Positions 19,644 to 20,000 of a stretch of 20,000 nucleotides of DNA are shown here, one piece after another (the stretch's first letter is position 1; every line of letters starts with the position of its first letter). Origin of the DNA: Chiloscyllium plagiosum (lineage: Eukaryota); the NCBI RefSeq assembly GCF_004010195.1, contig NC_057754.1:9349849-9369848 (forward strand), written 5' to 3'. A program made the position numbers and the translations under genes. The notes beneath the pieces are model-generated. The model was not told the origin of the DNA, ran no database searches, and worked only from the letters and a program-made list of their open reading frames with translations.

Positions 19644-20000
19644 TAGAGTCTTAGAGATGTACAGCATGGAAACAGACCTTTCGGTCCAACCCGTCCATGC
19701 CGACCAGATATCCCAACCCAATCTAGTCCCACCTGGCAGCACCCGGCCCATACCCCTCCAAACCCTTCCTATTTATATACCCATCTAAATGCCTCTTAAA
19801 TGATTCAATTGGACCAGCCTCCACCACTTCCTCCAGCAGCTCATTCCATACACGTACAACCCTCTGTGTGAAAAAGATGCCCCTTAGGTCTCTTTTATAT
19901 CTTTCCCCTCTCACTCTACCCCAGGGAAAAGACTTTGTCTATTTATCCTATCCATGCCCCTCAATTTTGTAAACCTCTAAGGTCACCCCTCAGCCTCCCA
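19644..20000 (-). mobile_element. CR1/HER1 LINE 3' end, runs off the window
   Basis: Minus ORF RGERYKRDLRGIFFTQRVVRVWNELLEEVVEAG...ARWD* plus tail. Confidence 0.92.

Overview
Eukaryotic, repeat-rich vertebrate DNA, almost certainly from a cartilaginous fish. The HE1-type V-SINEs with (AATCT)n tails and the shark-type CR1/HER1 LINE fragments suggest a carpet shark, but the taxon is an inference. The window is part of a tandem C2H2 zinc-finger gene cluster with two intact, convergent, finger-only coding exons (864-1901 +, 11 intact fingers plus 1 degenerate; 8669-9844 -, 14 fingers). It also holds a CpG-rich candidate bidirectional promoter (~10840-11095) and a decayed fragment of a third paralogue (~13968-14130 +). 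Most of the rest is SINE and CR1 debris, often nested. The most notable non-obvious signal is five short Penelope-type fold-back elements from at least three sequence families, each centred on a minimal hammerhead-ribozyme core (CUGANGA-stem II-GAAA-palindromic stem III). One is inserted with a perfect 9-bp target-site duplication into the reverse-transcriptase motif of a CR1 LINE. There is also an unexplained degenerate ~71-bp hairpin-containing tandem array at ~5800-6200. Repeat family names come from recall, not a database search, and their boundaries are approximate.
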